Source: Camelus dromedarius (taxonomy: Eukaryota). Taken from it: a DNA stretch of 64,000 nucleotides. The position numbers and the translations under genes were made by a program. The notes below the pieces were generated by a model. It was not told the DNA's origin, searched no databases, and worked only from the letters and a program-made list of their open reading frames with translations. Below, piece by piece: positions 63,476-64,000 of the stretch (within the stretch, counting starts at the first letter, position 1; each line of letters opens with the position of its first letter). The stretch is from positions 39,124,001-39,188,000 of the forward strand of contig NC_087437.1 in NCBI RefSeq assembly GCF_036321535.1, read 5' to 3'.

Positions 63476-63599
63476 GATTCTTTATAAAAGTCATAATTCT
63501 TTTCTCTCACAAAGCACACACTTTGCTAAGGTTGCAACTTAGGCTCTTTTTCTCCTTATTAGAGTAGAATTTAGAGTTTTTACAGCTATGAAAGAAGGT

Positions 63600-63700
63600 G
63601 AATTAATTATCTGGAACTACTGCCCCATTTTACAGGAGAATAAACTGATGTGACTGGCTCCATCACCCCACAGTTCCTGGGGAAGCCACCATGTAGCCAT
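63600..63700 (-). mobile_element. MIR SINE fragment
   Basis: CCCCATTTTACAGGAGAATAAACTGA...GTGACTGGCTCCATCACCCCACAG. Confidence 0.5.
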
Positions 63701-64000
63701 GGCGCGAAGAGGACAGTACTTGGACTCAGAAGGGTGTGAGCCTCATCTTGGCTGACAGCCGCCAGATAGAGGACCTCAGGCAAAGCTCTTCCCCATCTAA
63801 GTAGCTGTATCTCTAAAATAGAGAGAGAGCTGTCATGAGAAGTAAAGGGTGTCAATGTCTTTAAAAAACTAAAGAGCACTCTGCAAATGTAAATTGCTTA
63901 TTCCAGTCACTTTATCCAGTGTACATTTGCCCATCCTTGGATACCTGCTAATCTATGAGATCTAATTGTTGACCTATTTGCACATATTTGCTAGTACTTG

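Noticed and set aside
1093..63879. The remaining 60-140 aa ORFs in the six-frame track
   Set aside because: Lengths are as expected by chance. Many lie in repeats or low-complexity DNA, many start at GTG/TTG, and none resembles a protein family I recognise except the L1 ORF2p remnant.

Overview
AT-rich mammalian genomic DNA, most likely camelid, judged from a tRNA-Ala-derived vic-1-like SINE at 35881-36011 and artiodactyl-type L1 3' ends. I could not recognise any host protein-coding exon, structural RNA gene or CpG-island promoter. The window is a mosaic of transposable elements (young and old L1, HAL1, L2, L3/CR1, MIR, ERV1/ERVL/MaLR solo LTRs, hAT-Charlie and Tigger MITEs) separated by unique non-coding stretches. 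The only listed ORF with recognisable protein similarity is a decayed L1 ORF2p C-terminus. Long L1/HAL1 copies and most ERV1 LTRs lie on the minus strand, which suggests (inference) a long intron of a plus-strand gene. In that context the best leads are splicing-level signals: a recursive-splice-site-like motif at 18745|18746, a 15-nt microexon candidate at 6810-6824 and a few other cassette-exon candidates. All could be chance matches. I found no supportable novel biological system. Repeat family names come from recalled consensus sequences, not a database search, and boundaries of old repeats are approximate.
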